This document shows, in pieces, positions 1-10,694 of a stretch of 64,000 nucleotides of DNA. Origin of the DNA: Synechococcales cyanobacterium CRU_2_2. GTDB lineage: Bacteria; Cyanobacteriota; Cyanobacteriia; PCC-9006; JAAUQQ01. Every line of letters starts with the position of its first letter. The stretch's first letter is position 1. The position numbers were made by a program, and so were the translations under genes. The notes under the pieces were generated by a model. The model had not been told where the DNA came from. It worked only from the letters and a program-made list of their open reading frames with translations, and did no database searches. The stretch covers positions 38,843-102,842 of the forward strand of contig JAAUOP010000001.1 in NCBI GenBank assembly GCA_012034805.1. Direction: 5' to 3'.

Positions 1-1
1 T

Positions 2-211
2 GCCAATGCTCAAAATACCTTCGCAAGTACGATTTATAGCCTTTCAGAAGCCTTCGTTGCACCATTTTCGACGCTTTTTGTTAGTCCGAGCTGGGGGGGC
101 GATCGCTATATTTTCGACTTTAATCTGATCGTCGCGATCGTGGTTTACGGCTTAATGGGGCTATTGGCCAGTCGGTTGATCCAGGTTTTTGTGGGGAGTG
201 GCGATCGCTAG
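2..211 (+). CDS. 3' fragment of an unidentified hydrophobic protein; gene begins upstream of the window
   Basis: Open frame from the window edge to TAG at 209-211; translation ...FVSPSWGGDRYIFDFNLIVAIVVYGLMGLLASRLIQVF is hydrophobic and protein-like; no identifiable family. Confidence 0.25.
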   Translation, partial: ANAQNTFASTIYSLSEAFVAPFSTLFVSPSWGGDRYIFDFNLIVAIVVYGLMGLLASRLIQVFVGSGDR

Positions 212-364
212 AATTCCCATAGAAAACGATCTGGATCACTGAGCACCGAAATATGTTCGGTATAAACTGATGGTCACCAAAATTATTATGAACAACTCGG
301 TTGTCGAAGGATAATGACCGATTAAGGTGAGTTTGCTCAGACCCTGACGCAGCAACCAATCTCT

Positions 365-1045
365 ATGGGACCACAACTCGCTCGCATTCTTGTGGTAGAA
401 GACTATCCATTGCTTTTGGATGGAATTGTTAATTTGTTGGAAAAGCACTATCCGGATGCAGACATTTGGACCGCCAGCTCCGTGCGGGAAACTTGGGCTC
501 AGCTGGAGCTTAGCTTGCCGGATTTGGTGGTGTTTGACTTGGCCATTCCCACCGATGAACAAGATCAGCAGCAAGCGCAGCCGGAAACAGGAATTCGGTT
601 GCTGAAGCAAATCATGCAGCAATATTCCCAACTCAATATTGTGGTACAGAGTACCTATACAAAGGCGTTGGTGAGGATTATTCCACAGATTGATGAGCAC
701 CTGGGTGGATTTACGATTATTGAAAAAAGCCGTTCTAGCCAGGAAGTACTTGAGCGGATCGAGAGTGCAAGACGAGGCTATACCAATACCCAAGAAATTC
801 GTAAGCTTCAATCTGGAGTCGAAGTGAAGCCCGAATGGACTGATGTTCTTACTTTGGCATTTCAGGAAGGCCTGCAAGATCGGGCGATCGCCCAACGGAT
901 GAATGTTCAAATCGGTACGATTCGACACTATTGGCGCAAGCTTTATGATGTTCTAGAAATTGACCTAGAAGCAGAGCGCAAGGTAGGACGAAATCTCCGT
1001 ACAGTTTCTGAAATTAACGCTCGGCATAAAGGCTTGATTGATTAG
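365..1045 (+). CDS. Two-component response regulator, receiver domain plus LuxR/FixJ-type HTH (NarL family)
   Basis: N-terminal ILVVEDYPLL...VFDLAIP receiver signature; C-terminal LTLAFQEGLQDRAIAQRMNVQIGTIRHYWRKL resembles a LuxR HTH; directly upstream of a HisKA_3-type kinase. Confidence 0.8.
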   Translation: MGPQLARILVVEDYPLLLDGIVNLLEKHYPDADIWTASSVRETWAQLELSLPDLVVFDLAIPTDEQDQQQAQPETGIRLLKQIMQQYSQLNIVVQSTYTKALVRIIPQIDEHLGGFTIIEKSRSSQEVLERIESARRGYTNTQEIRKLQSGVEVKPEWTDVLTLAFQEGLQDRAIAQRMNVQIGTIRHYWRKLYDVLEIDLEAERKVGRNLRTVSEINARHKGLID

Positions 1046-1077
1046 AGCTTGATTGATTAGAGCCTGATTAATTAGAA
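1032..1077. repeat. Tandem repeat, 15 bp x3, overlapping the response-regulator stop codon
   Basis: cttgattgattagag x2 plus cctgattaattagaag. Confidence 0.65.
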
Positions 1078-1127
1078 GCTAAAGAATTTGTATTGAATGA
1101 ACTCCTAATTTTCGAAAGTGGAGAGTT

Positions 1128-3101
1128 TTGATGCTTCGAACTAGATGGAGTCAGCTCAAACAAATGCTGATTCAGCAATCTTTGGGGATTGGAGCGATCG
1201 CCTTTTTGCTGTCGCTCAAAGCTACGGGTGTTTTGCAGGCGATCGAACTCAATCAGCTCGATCAATTTCTAAAACTTCGGCCTGAAGAGACTGTAGAAAA
1301 CAGAATTTTGCTCGTGAAAATCGATCAGCTCTATCTCGATCGGATGCAGCACAAATATTCCGATCGCGCTGGCCTTGAGTATCAAGCTCTCGCCGATTTA
1401 ACGCAACTGATTTTGGCTAGTCAACCGGCCACTGTTGCTCTTGATATTCCTGTTGTTCGGCTTTCTGGCGATGGGCAGGATAATTTACTCCGTCTCTTCG
1501 AGCAATATCCAGAACTGATTACAGTTGAAAAAGCATTCCGCCCCAGAATTCCCCCCATCTCTAGTATTCCAGCCCAACAGCTTGCCTTTAATGACTTTCC
1601 CATTGATCTAGATGGTAATGTGCGGCGTACATTTCTCGTTTCTTATACAGCAGAACAGGAGGAAATTAAGTCCTCTCTCTCGTTTCGGCTAGCGGAACTC
1701 TATCTCGATAAAATGCATGGCATTGGGGTGAGCAATGGCCAGCGAGATCCAGATGCCCCACAATTTGGTGAGGTGGAGATTCCCCGATTAAAGTTGAATC
1801 GAGAGCCTTATTTGGGCGATTCCAATATCGATGGCATTCAAACAATCATCTCATTTCGTCAGCAAAATGCAGCCTTTGAAGCGATTACAGCAAGTGCAAT
1901 CCTAGAAAATTCGGATCAGAACGAACGAATTCAGAACAAAATTGTCATCGTCGGCATCACAGCCCCCAAATTGACAACCTCCCTAAATACGACTTTTCCC
2001 AAGGTTCGATTAGGGGAAGAAGAAATGATTGGGAACGGTATGCTGGGCATCGAACTCCAAGCTCATGCAACCAGCCAAATTCTGAGTTCGGTTCTAGACA
2101 ATAGGGCTTTGATTCGAGGAATCAGTCAAACTTACAGCTATGGTCTCCTGTTGATGTTTGGCATCGCTGGATGTGCCTTAGGCCGGAGCTCAAAAAATGT
2201 TTTTGTCAGTCTGCTCGGCTTGCTGATTGCTGCATTCGGCCTATGGATAGTCTGCTATCTAATTTTTCTGACGTCCGGGCTTTATCTCCCTCCTGTGGTC
2301 AATCTCTTGATGTTGACCGTCACAGCCCTAATCTACATGCTTCTATCTCAGCGTGAGATTGCTGATCAAGAAATTGCAGCAGAACGAAAGGTTCTAGAGC
2401 TTGCTGCCCAAGACCGAGACAGCCGATGGCAAGAGCGTCGTCGGGCGATCGAAGATGTGTTTGGAGAGATCCACAATGGCCCGCTACAAATGCTCTCCAT
2501 CACCCTGCGTCAAATTCAGGATGGGGAGACCTCGATCGCTAAAATTGAAACTCAGCTGCAAGCACTCAACCAGCAAATTCGCCTGGTTGGGGAACATCTC
2601 AAACGAGAATCCCAGATTGAGGCCCGTCAGAGTTTACTGTGGGGTAATCAACAAATCGATCTGAATCAACCTCTGCATGAACTGCTCTATGAAGTCTACA
2701 CAGTCAGCTTGCAGGCAGATTGGCCCAATTTCAGAAATTTAAAAGTCAAATCACGTTCATTTGATCCTCTGGGTCAAGCTCAATTGAGCAATGAAGAAAA
2801 AGATTGGCTCGGTCGCTTTCTCGCAGAGGCGATTTGCAACGTTGGTAAACATGCCCATGGGGCAACGCGGTTGGTTGTGCGAGGACAAAGATGTTCTGAA
2901 CGCTACACCCTATCCGTTGAGGACAATGGCTACAATGGCCACAACGGAGATATAGTCCTGGGCGATCGCGCAGGTGGCGGCACCAAAATGGCTCGGGAGC
3001 TAGAGTGCCGCATGAATGGAACATTTTCACGGGAACAGCTCTCTCCCCAAGGGTTTCGCTGTATTTTAAGCTGGTCTCTTCAGTCCAGCAAAAACGTGTA
3101 A
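1128..3101 (+). CDS. Sensor histidine kinase with N-terminal CHASE2 sensor domain and NarL-type (HisKA_3/HATPase) transmitter
   Basis: CHASE2-like N-terminus (TM, LKATGVLQAIELNQLDQFLKLRP...LVKIDQ), second TM block, H-box EIHNGPLQMLS, ATPase motifs NVGKHAHG / DNGYNG. Confidence 0.8.
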   Translation: MMLRTRWSQLKQMLIQQSLGIGAIAFLLSLKATGVLQAIELNQLDQFLKLRPEETVENRILLVKIDQLYLDRMQHKYSDRAGLEYQALADLTQLILASQPATVALDIPVVRLSGDGQDNLLRLFEQYPELITVEKAFRPRIPPISSIPAQQLAFNDFPIDLDGNVRRTFLVSYTAEQEEIKSSLSFRLAELYLDKMHGIGVSNGQRDPDAPQFGEVEIPRLKLNREPYLGDSNIDGIQTIISFRQQNAAFEAITASAILENSDQNERIQNKIVIVGITAPKLTTSLNTTFPKVRLGEEEMIGNGMLGIELQAHATSQILSSVLDNRALIRGISQTYSYGLLLMFGIAGCALGRSSKNVFVSLLGLLIAAFGLWIVCYLIFLTSGLYLPPVVNLLMLTVTALIYMLLSQREIADQEIAAERKVLELAAQDRDSRWQERRRAIEDVFGEIHNGPLQMLSITLRQIQDGETSIAKIETQLQALNQQIRLVGEHLKRESQIEARQSLLWGNQQIDLNQPLHELLYEVYTVSLQADWPNFRNLKVKSRSFDPLGQAQLSNEEKDWLGRFLAEAICNVGKHAHGATRLVVRGQRCSERYTLSVEDNGYNGHNGDIVLGDRAGGGTKMARELECRMNGTFSREQLSPQGFRCILSWSLQSSKNV

Positions 3102-3247
3102 GAAGCTTGTGTAAAAAATTCTTTTTTCACCACTCTCGTTTATGCTAGGGTGTCAAGCCCCGTGGATGCTTGTATATATTACAGCCTTGATTGTTACCCT
3201 ACTAGATTCAGTATTCTTAAGGTGCTAGCCTTGTGTGTCCTATTCCT

Positions 3248-3397
3248 ATGAGTCTTATTACTAAAGTTCAAGTTAGCTTGATGGCGATCGCGCTGATTTT
3301 AAGCAGTTATCCGCCCGTAGCCGTCGCGAATGGCTATCAACCTCAAAAGGATGACTCGACAACGCATACCGGTAAAACCGGTAGTTCTAGCCGATAG
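3248..3397 (+). CDS. Small ORF (49 aa) with predicted signal peptide; hypothetical secreted peptide
   Basis: MSLITKVQVSLMAIALILSSYPPVAVA-NGYQPQKDDSTTHTGKTGSSSR; not in the supplied ORF track (<60 aa); lies in a 780-bp gap between convergent genes. Confidence 0.2.
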   Translation: MSLITKVQVSLMAIALILSSYPPVAVANGYQPQKDDSTTHTGKTGSSSR

Positions 3398-3614
3398 GCT
3401 TCAGAAAGCGTAGACCAGAAGAAAACAGAGACCTTAAACAAAAGTGCAATGCTCCACAACAAAAGCTGTAGCATCCCGTTAAACAAAGCAGCCACGAGAT
3501 TGCCAAGGAAGATCAATGCCTGACTGGAGAGCTTGCTCTACAGTTAGTATCAGTAATTTTGCTGCAGCGAAATTACTGATACCAAGCCCTGAACTGTCTT
3601 AGGAGCTGCTCACC

Positions 3615-3785
3615 ATGGAACCGATTACGATATTTGCGTTGGTGTGTATCGTGGCTGTGATCTCCAAGGGAACCCTGTTTCCCGAACCCACTAAACCCAA
3701 GCCGACGGAAGAGGAAAAGCTAGCCGAAGCCCTAACGCTCATCCTGAAAAAAACGATCACCCCCACCCCCTCTTCGGATGCCTAG
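3615..3785 (+). CDS. Small ORF (56 aa), single-TM hypothetical protein
   Basis: AGGAG 10 nt upstream of ATG; MEPITIFALVCIVAVISKGTLFPEP... hydrophobic helix then a Pro/Lys/Glu-rich tail. Confidence 0.25.
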   Translation: MEPITIFALVCIVAVISKGTLFPEPTKPKPTEEEKLAEALTLILKKTITPTPSSDA

Positions 3786-3834
3786 GGATTCGGGCCCAGC
3801 GAACCGACAAACCCGCCCCTGCAATAACCAGTTC

Positions 3835-3877
3835 TGCAAGGGCCAGGTTTGAAAGGGCCAGGTTTGCAAGGGCTAGC
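3835..3877. repeat. Tandem repeat, 15 bp x about 2.7, adjacent to the adenosine-kinase stop
   Basis: gcaagggccaggttt / gaaagggccaggttt / gcaagggctag. Confidence 0.65.
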
Positions 3878-3881
3878 TTTT

Positions 3882-4877
3882 CTAGAGCGCATTCAACAAC
3901 GCCTTGGTTTCCTCAGTGTGGAGACGAGCACCCAAGCTGGTCACGAGCTTTGAGGAAGCCAAGGAACCCAGACGACCCGCGTCGGCCCAGCCCATTCCGT
4001 GGGTGATGCCATACAGAACGCCGCCCGCATACATGTCACCGGCACCGACCGTGTCGATCGCCTTGACCGGATAGCCTGCGATTTCCAGTAGATTCTCACC
4101 GTCGAAAATGACTGAGCCCTTAGGGCCGAGGGTAATGGCAAAGGTTTTGGCGAGGGTTTTGAGGTGGGCGATCGCCTCTCCCAAATCCTCCGTCTCAGCC
4201 ATGGCCAACGCTTCACTCTCATTGGCAAACAGCAAATCTACGCCCGCGCCAATCATCTCTCGCAGCCCGTCTTTAAAGAACTTCACCATATTCAAATCCG
4301 AGAGCGTCAGGGCCGTTTTTTGGCCTGCGGCGGTGGCCAGTTCACGGGCTTTGATGGCGGCTTGCTTGCTGGTTTCACCTGTGACGAGATAGCCCTCGAT
4401 GTAGGTGTATTGGGATTTGGCGATCGCCTCCCCATCTAGCTCCTGATCCGAAAACGTTGCCGAAACCCCCAAGAAGGTGTTCATCGTGCGATCGGCATCC
4501 GGCGTCACCAGCACCAGACACTTACCCGTAATTCCATCTCCAGGCGTTTGCTGCTGCAAATTCGTCGCCACGCCGCAGTCAAGCAAATCCTTGAGGTAAT
4601 ACTGGCCAAAGGCATCATTGGCCACCTTGCAAGAATAAAACGCCTGCCCACCAAACTGGCTAATGGCAATAATCGTATTGGCTGCAGACCCCCCGGAGGT
4701 TTGCTTCGTCGCCCTATCCGAGAGATGGGACAGAATTTTGTCCTGGGTCTCCTCATCCAAAAGCGTCATGACCCCCTTATCGATATCCAGGGATTGCAGC
4801 GTTTCGACCGAAACCTCGCACTCAATGTCCAGCAGGGCGTTGCCCAAGCCATATACGTCGTACCGCGCCATCGTCAT
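3882..4877 (-). CDS. pfkB-family carbohydrate/nucleoside kinase, adenosine kinase-like
   Basis: N-terminal GLGNALLD and C-terminal DTVGAGDMYAGGVLYG motifs of the ribokinase/pfkB superfamily. Confidence 0.8.
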   Translation of the reverse strand: MTMARYDVYGLGNALLDIECEVSVETLQSLDIDKGVMTLLDEETQDKILSHLSDRATKQTSGGSAANTIIAISQFGGQAFYSCKVANDAFGQYYLKDLLDCGVATNLQQQTPGDGITGKCLVLVTPDADRTMNTFLGVSATFSDQELDGEAIAKSQYTYIEGYLVTGETSKQAAIKARELATAAGQKTALTLSDLNMVKFFKDGLREMIGAGVDLLFANESEALAMAETEDLGEAIAHLKTLAKTFAITLGPKGSVIFDGENLLEIAGYPVKAIDTVGAGDMYAGGVLYGITHGMGWADAGRLGSLASSKLVTSLGARLHTEETKALLNAL

Positions 4878-5074
4878 TCCTCAGCCTTTGTGCGTACAAG
4901 TTGAATGTAGAGATAAAAATCTTACCTCTTAACAAGATAAACCCCAGACAGACAAACCCGAGACAGACACGTCCCAGCCAAACAAAACCCACAAAAACAA
5001 AGCCCCAGCCAGAGCGGGAGCTTTACGATCTCATCCAGGTGCAGGGCATCTCAGCCCAGGAGAACACTCAAAAC

Positions 5075-5263
5075 TCACGTACGAAAACGCCGCTTGTTTT
5101 GCCGGTGGCGAGCCACCAGCTTGCGCTTGCGCTTTTCAATCGGGGTCTCAAAATGGCGGTGCTTGCGCATCTCAGCAAAAATGCCGGCCTTCGAGACCTC
5201 TCGCTTAAAGCGGCGGAGCGTCGATTCAATCCCTTCACCATCACCCGGTATTACTTGGGTCAT
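5075..5263 (-). CDS. rpsU: 30S ribosomal protein S21
   Basis: [48 protein letters not shown]... is a near-canonical S21 sequence. Confidence 0.9.
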   Translation of the reverse strand: MTQVIPGDGEGIESTLRRFKREVSKAGIFAEMRKHRHFETPIEKRKRKLVARHRQNKRRFRT

Positions 5264-5343
5264 CTAAATCTCATTCATAATCAACTGCAACATGCTTGCT
5301 CCAGGATACCCTCCAAGGCAGGGCTTCTGTCGAGCCGTCCAAA

Positions 5344-5589
5344 CTATTGACGAGGTTTGGCCTTATTCACTTTCAAATCTCGGCCCATCCACTCTGCGCC
5401 GTCTAGAGCTTCGATCGCAGCCGCTTCTTCTGAGTCACTAGCCATTTCAATAAACGCAAAACCTCTGAGACGACCGGTGTCACGATCGGCAACCAGGTGA
5501 GCCCGCTTGACCGTGCCATACTCAGCGAAAACATCGGTCAAATCGTCTTGGGTCACGTCGAAGGACAGATTCCCGACAAAAACAGACAT
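5344..5589 (-). CDS. rbp: RRM-type RNA-binding protein (cyanobacterial Rbp family)
   Basis: RNP1/RNP2 motifs: MSVFVGNLSF ... RGFAFIEM; the ATG at 5589 is preferred over the longer track ORF (to 5643). Confidence 0.85.
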   Translation of the reverse strand: MSVFVGNLSFDVTQDDLTDVFAEYGTVKRAHLVADRDTGRLRGFAFIEMASDSEEAAAIEALDGAEWMGRDLKVNKAKPRQ

Positions 5590-5695
5590 AAAAACGCTCC
5601 AGAACAAAAGATGAAGAGAACTTTCAGATCCGGAGAAACGCATTTTATAACGAATAACAAAACCGAAAATAATCCTGTACTAGAAAAATACCACA

Positions 5696-6058
5696 CTAGC
5701 GGGCGAGGGATTCGATAATCCGCTCCCAAATTTCGAGCGGTGCCGAAACTGTAAAGTCCTCAAACAGGGGTTTTCCGTCGGTTTTAACGACGTTAATTTG
5801 AAACGTATCCTTATAGGTAATCAGCCCCTGGGGCACCCCCCCCTCACCATAATATTGCGCCCAGAGAATCGCTTCTAGGCCAAATTGGTGGGGATCTCGA
5901 ATAATGTAGTCCTCCCCGGCCCCAGGTTGGCCCACGTACCGTCCGTATTTTGCAAATAAATACTTTGCCATAGACCCATCATAAGCGCCCATCCGATCCG
6001 GACGAACTAAACTCACCGAACCGACGGAAAGCCGCTTCGCCTGTCCTAGGCCAGCCAT
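5696..6058 (-). CDS. Conserved hypothetical protein (~120 aa) immediately downstream of psaB
   Basis: Protein-like composition (MAGLGQAKRLSVGSV...IIRDPHQFGLEAILWAQYYGEGG...); ATG at 6058 chosen because the longer ORF would run into the psaB terminator hairpin. Confidence 0.45.
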   Translation of the reverse strand: MAGLGQAKRLSVGSVSLVRPDRMGAYDGSMAKYLFAKYGRYVGQPGAGEDYIIRDPHQFGLEAILWAQYYGEGGVPQGLITYKDTFQINVVKTDGKPLFEDFTVSAPLEIWERIIESLAR

Positions 6059-6097
6059 CTTCCTTAGAGCAACAACACAAAATGATAATCTCAGATG

Positions 6098-6132
6098 CAA
6101 ACAACAAAGCCCCCGCCTCGGCGGGGGCTTTG
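6098..6132 (-). terminator. Rho-independent terminator of the psaAB operon
   Basis: Minus-strand hairpin AAAGCCCCCGCC-GAG-GCGGGGGCTTT followed by TTGTTTG, 30 nt after the psaB stop. Confidence 0.6.
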
Positions 6133-6159
6133 CCTTGTCCTAATTAAGGGCGAGCGGCG

Positions 6160-8372
6160 TTAACCAAACTTACCTGCCGTGGAGGCAATTAGGAAGGCAG
6201 CGTAGGTCAAGACAAAGCCCACAGAGAAGTGAGCGAGGCCAACCACCCGTGCCTGAACGATGGAGAGTGCGACGGGCTTGTCCTTCCAACCAATCAAGTT
6301 GGCCAAAGGCGTGCGCTCGTGTGCCCAAACGATCGTCTCGATCAGCTCTTGCCAGTAACCTCTCCAGGAGATCAAGAACATAAAGCCGGTCGCCCAAACC
6401 AGGTGTCCAAAGAGGAACATCCAGGCCCAGACAGACAGATTGTTCGTGCCGTAGGGGTTATAGCCGTTGATCAGCTGAGAGGAATTGAGCCAGAGATAGT
6501 CTCTGAACCAACCCATCAGATAGGTCGAAGACTCGTTGAACTGAGCGACGTTGCCTTGCCACAGCGCCAGATGTTTCCAGTGCCAGTAGAAGGTGACCCA
6601 GGCGATGGTGTTCAGCGCCCAGAACAGCGACAGGTAGAAGGCGTCCCATGCGGAGATGTCGCAGGTGCCACCTCGGCCTGGGCCGTCGCAGGGGAAGCTG
6701 TAGCCAAAGTCTTTCTTGTCGGGCATCAGCTTGGAGCCGCGCGCATCCAACGCACCTTTGACCAAGATCAAAGTGGTGGTGTGCAGGCCGAGGGCGATCG
6801 CATGGTGAACCAGGAAATCGCCAGGGCCAATGGACAAGAACAGCGAGTTGGTGCCACTGTTCACTGCGTCGAGCCAACCGGGCAACCAGACGTTGCCGTA
6901 GTTCGGGTAGGCAGTATAGGCAACGCTATCCGGGTTGGACAACAACACATCGAAGGCATACATGGCCTTGCCCGAAGCTGCCTGAACGAACTGCGCGAAC
7001 ACAGGCTCAATCAGGATTTGCTTCTCAGGGGTACCAAACGCGACCGTTACGTCGTTGTGGACGTAGAGGAAAAGCGTGTGGAAACCGAGGAACAGAGAGA
7101 CCCAGCTCAGGTGAGAGATGATGGCTTCTTTGTGTTGCAGAACGCGATCGAGGACGTTGTTCTTGTTCGCCTCGGGGTCATAATCCCGAATCAGGAAGAT
7201 GGCACCGTGAGCAAACGCGCCCACCATGATAAAGGTCGCAATGTACTGGTGATGAGTGTACAAGGCGGCTTGCGTGGTGTAATCCCGCGCCATAAAGGCG
7301 TAGGGCGGCAGCGAGTACATGTGCTGAGCAACCAAGGAGGTGATCACGCCAAGCGAAGCTAGGGCGAGGGCCAACTGGAAGTGCAGCGAGTTGTTCAGTG
7401 TGTCGTAGAGACCCTTGTGGCCTTCACCCAAACCCCTGCAGGCGGTTTGTGACCGTCGAGGATTTCTTTGATGCTGTGGCCAATACCGAAATTGGTTCGG
7501 TACATGTGACCCGCAATGATGAAGATGACGGCGATCGCCAAGTGGTGATGCGCCATATCCGTCAACCACAACGACTCCGTCTGAGGGTGGAAACCGCCCA
7601 GGAAAGTCAAAATTGCGGTGCCAGCGCCCTGGGATGTCCCAAAGAGGTGGCTAGCGGTGTCAGGGTTCTCGGCATACGCGCCCCAGTTGCCACTGAAGAA
7701 CGGAGCCAACCCTGCCGGGTGGGGCGCGACGGAGAGGAAATTATCCCAACCGACGTGCTGGCCGCGAGATTCAGGAATAGCAACGTGCACCAGGTGACCT
7801 GTCCAAGCTAGGGAGCTAACGCCGAACAAACCCGCCAAGTGGTGGTTCAGTCGGGACTCCGCGTTCTTGAACCAGGCCAAGCTCGGACGGAACTTGGGCT
7901 GAAGGTGCAGCCAACCGGCGAACAGAAAGATCGCCGACAGGATCATCAAGAAGATGGAACCCTGATAGAGTTCTGCGTTCGTGCGCATACCGATCGTGTA
8001 CCACCAGTGATACACGCCGGAATAGGCAATGTTGACAGGAGAAGAAGCGCCCGCTTGGGTGAAGGCGTCGATCGCGCCTTGACCAAACTGGGGATCCCAA
8101 ATCGCATGAGCGATGGGACGGACATTCAGCGGATCTTTGATCCACTGCTCAAAGTTGCCTTGCCAGGCGACGTGGAACAGGTTGCCGGAGGTCCACAAAA
8201 AGATGATTGCCAGGTGACCGAAGTGGGAGGCGAAGATCTTTTGGTAAAGATTCTCCTCTGTCATGCCGTCATGGCTTTCAAAGTCGTGAGCCGTTGCAAT
8301 CCCGTACCAAATCCGACGAGTTGTCGGATCCTGGGCCAGATCCTGGCTGAATTTAGGGAATTTAGTTGCCAT
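6160..8372 (-). CDS. psaB: Photosystem I P700 chlorophyll a apoprotein A2 (PsaB); split into two frames by a single-base frameshift near 7431-7440
   Basis: [36 protein letters not shown]... N-terminus and ...[15 protein letters not shown]-terminus; two overlapping ORFs (7395..8372 and 6160..7569) total about 736 aa; the shift falls in a GGGG run. Confidence 0.9.
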
Positions 8373-8388
8373 AAGTCAGTTGCTCACC

Positions 8389-10694
8389 TCATCCACTCAC
8401 TGCAATGATTCGCGCTAGGAAGAAGGCCCAGGTTGTGCCAATTCCACCCAACAGATAGTGAGCCACACCCACTGCACGGCCTTGAGTAATACTCAATGCG
8501 CGCGGCTGGATTGCCGGAGCAACCTTCAGCTTGTTGTGAGCCCAAACGATCGACTCAATTAGTTCTTGCCAGTAGCCACGGCCGCTGAATAGGAACATGA
8601 GACTAAAGGCCCAAACAAAGTGAGCACCCAAGAAGATCAAACCGTAGGCAGACAAGGCGCTGCCGTAGGAGGTGATCACCTGAGAGGCTTGTGCCCAGAG
8701 GAAGTCTCGCAGCCAGCCGTTGATCGTCAGGGCGCTGGTGGCAAAGTTGCCGTTGGCGATGTGCGATACGGTGCCGTCTGCATTGACGGTTCCCCAAACA
8801 TCCGACTGCATCTTCCAACTGAAGTGGAAAATCACAATGGATAGGGAGTTGTACATCCAGAACAGACCCAAGAAGACGTGATCCCAACCAGAAACCTGGC
8901 AGGTACCACCACGACCGGGGCCATCGCAAGGGAATCGGAAACCGAGACTTGCTTTATCAGGGACGAGTCTGGAACTGCGGGCATACAAAACACCCTTAAG
9001 CAGAATCAAAACCGTCACGTGAATCGTGAAGGCATGGATGTGGTGAACCATGAAGTCCGCAGTGCCAAGGGCAATGGGCATCACAGCCACTTTTCCACCC
9101 ACTGCAACGATACCGCCGCCGAAGGCATGGCTGACGACGTCAGTTGCGCCGGGTGCGGTGCTGCCACCTGCTGCTGCAGTGTGGATGTTCTGGATCCATT
9201 GGGCGAAAATCGGCTGAAGCTGAATCGCGGTATCCGAGAACATGTCTTGGGGACGTCCCAAAGCACGCATGGTGTCGTTGTGGATGTAGAGACCAAAGCT
9301 GTGGAAGCCGAGGAAAATACAAACCCAGTTCAAGTGGGAGATGATGGCGTCACGAACGCGCAGGACGCGATCGAGCACGTTATCCACATTCTTGGCAGGG
9401 TCGTAGTCACGCACCATAAAAATGGCGGCGTGAGCACCTGCACCCACAATCAGGAAGCCGCCAATCCACATGTGGTGGGTAAACAGCGACAGTTGTGTGG
9501 GGTAGTCGATGGCAATGTAAGGATACGCAGGCATGGAGTACATGTGCTGCGCCACGATGATGCTGACGGAACCGGCCATTGCCAGGTTGATGGCAAGCTG
9601 AGCATGCCAAGAAGAGGTCAGCACTTCGTAGAGACCGGTGTGGCCTTCGCCGCCAAAGAGAAGCGGATCGCCTTTGTGGGCGTTGAGGATCTCTTTGATG
9701 CTGTGACCAATGCCCCAGTTGGTGCGGTACATGTGACCTGCGACCAGGAACATGACGGCGATCGCCAATGGTGATGGGCAATGTCCGTCATCCACAGGCT
9801 GCCAGTCACCGGGTTCAGACCACCTTTGAAGGTGAGCAAATCCGCATACACGCCCCAGTTGAGCGTGAAGAAAGGCTTGAGGCCTTCGGCAAAGCTGGGA
9901 TAAAGCTGGGAGATCAGGCTCACGTCAACGAATTGATGGGGGAGCGGGATATCCGCCACCGACGCGATCGTCTTGCCGTTGAGCGTCAACGGTGAACCCG
10001 CATCAATGGCATCCATCAGCTTGGTCGCAGGCAAGGACACATGGATCAAGTGACCTGTCCAGCCCAAAGAACCCAGGCCAAACAACCCCGCAAGGTGGTG
10101 GTTGAGCATGGACTCGACGTTTTGGAACCACTCCAACTTCGGCGCAGCCTTGTGGTAGTGGAACCAGCCCGCGAACAGCATCAGACCGGCCATGACCAGT
10201 GCGCCGATCGCCGTGCAATACAGTTGATATTCGTTTGTAAAACCGCTGGACCGCCAAAGCTGGAACAGACCAGACGTGATTTGAATGCCGTGAAAGCCGC
10301 CGCCCACATCGCCGTTCAGGATCTCCTGACCAACAATAGGCCAAACGACTTGGGCACTCGGCTTGATATTAATCGGATCGCTCAGCCAGGCTGAGTAGTT
10401 AGAAAAACGTGCGCCATGGAAATAAGCGCCGCTCAACCAAACAAAAACAACGGCCAGGTGGCCAAAGTGAGCGCTGAAGATCTTTCGGGAGATGTCTTCT
10501 AGGTCACTGGTGTGGCTGTCAAAGTCGTGGGCGTCAGCATGAAGATCCCAAATCCAAGTAGTGGTCTTGGGTCCCTTTGCGAGGGTTCGATCGAAATGCC
10601 CTGGCTTACCCCACTTCTCAAAAGAAGTGGCAACCGGGTTTTTATCAACCGTCACTTTTGCCTTAACGCCACGCTCCGGTGGACTTTTTGTCAT
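8389..10694 (-). CDS. psaA: Photosystem I P700 chlorophyll a apoprotein A1 (PsaA); split by a single-base frameshift near 9764-9770
   Basis: [49 protein letters not shown]... then ...MTDIAHHH|[28 protein letters not shown]... continues in a second frame; GAGG RBS before ATG 10694. Confidence 0.9.

Noticed and set aside
6229-7362. Long antisense ORFs opposite psaB, psaA, the PEVK gene, apcB, atpA and ftsH (6229..7362 +, 8878..9774 +, 12609..13760 -, 41038..41736 +, 50374..51174 -, 61012..61839 -)
   Set aside because: They lie on the opposite strand of strongly conserved genes and have low-complexity Arg/Gly/Pro-rich translations. These are typical shadow ORFs of a GC-rich genome.
7395-9795. 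Interpreting the psaA/psaB/apcE/ftsH frameshifts as genuine pseudogenes, meaning a non-photosynthetic or degenerate lineage
   Set aside because: All ten breaks are single-base changes inside homopolymers, and both flanks stay fully conserved. The same pattern hits unrelated genes across the window, consistent with a technology-specific error.
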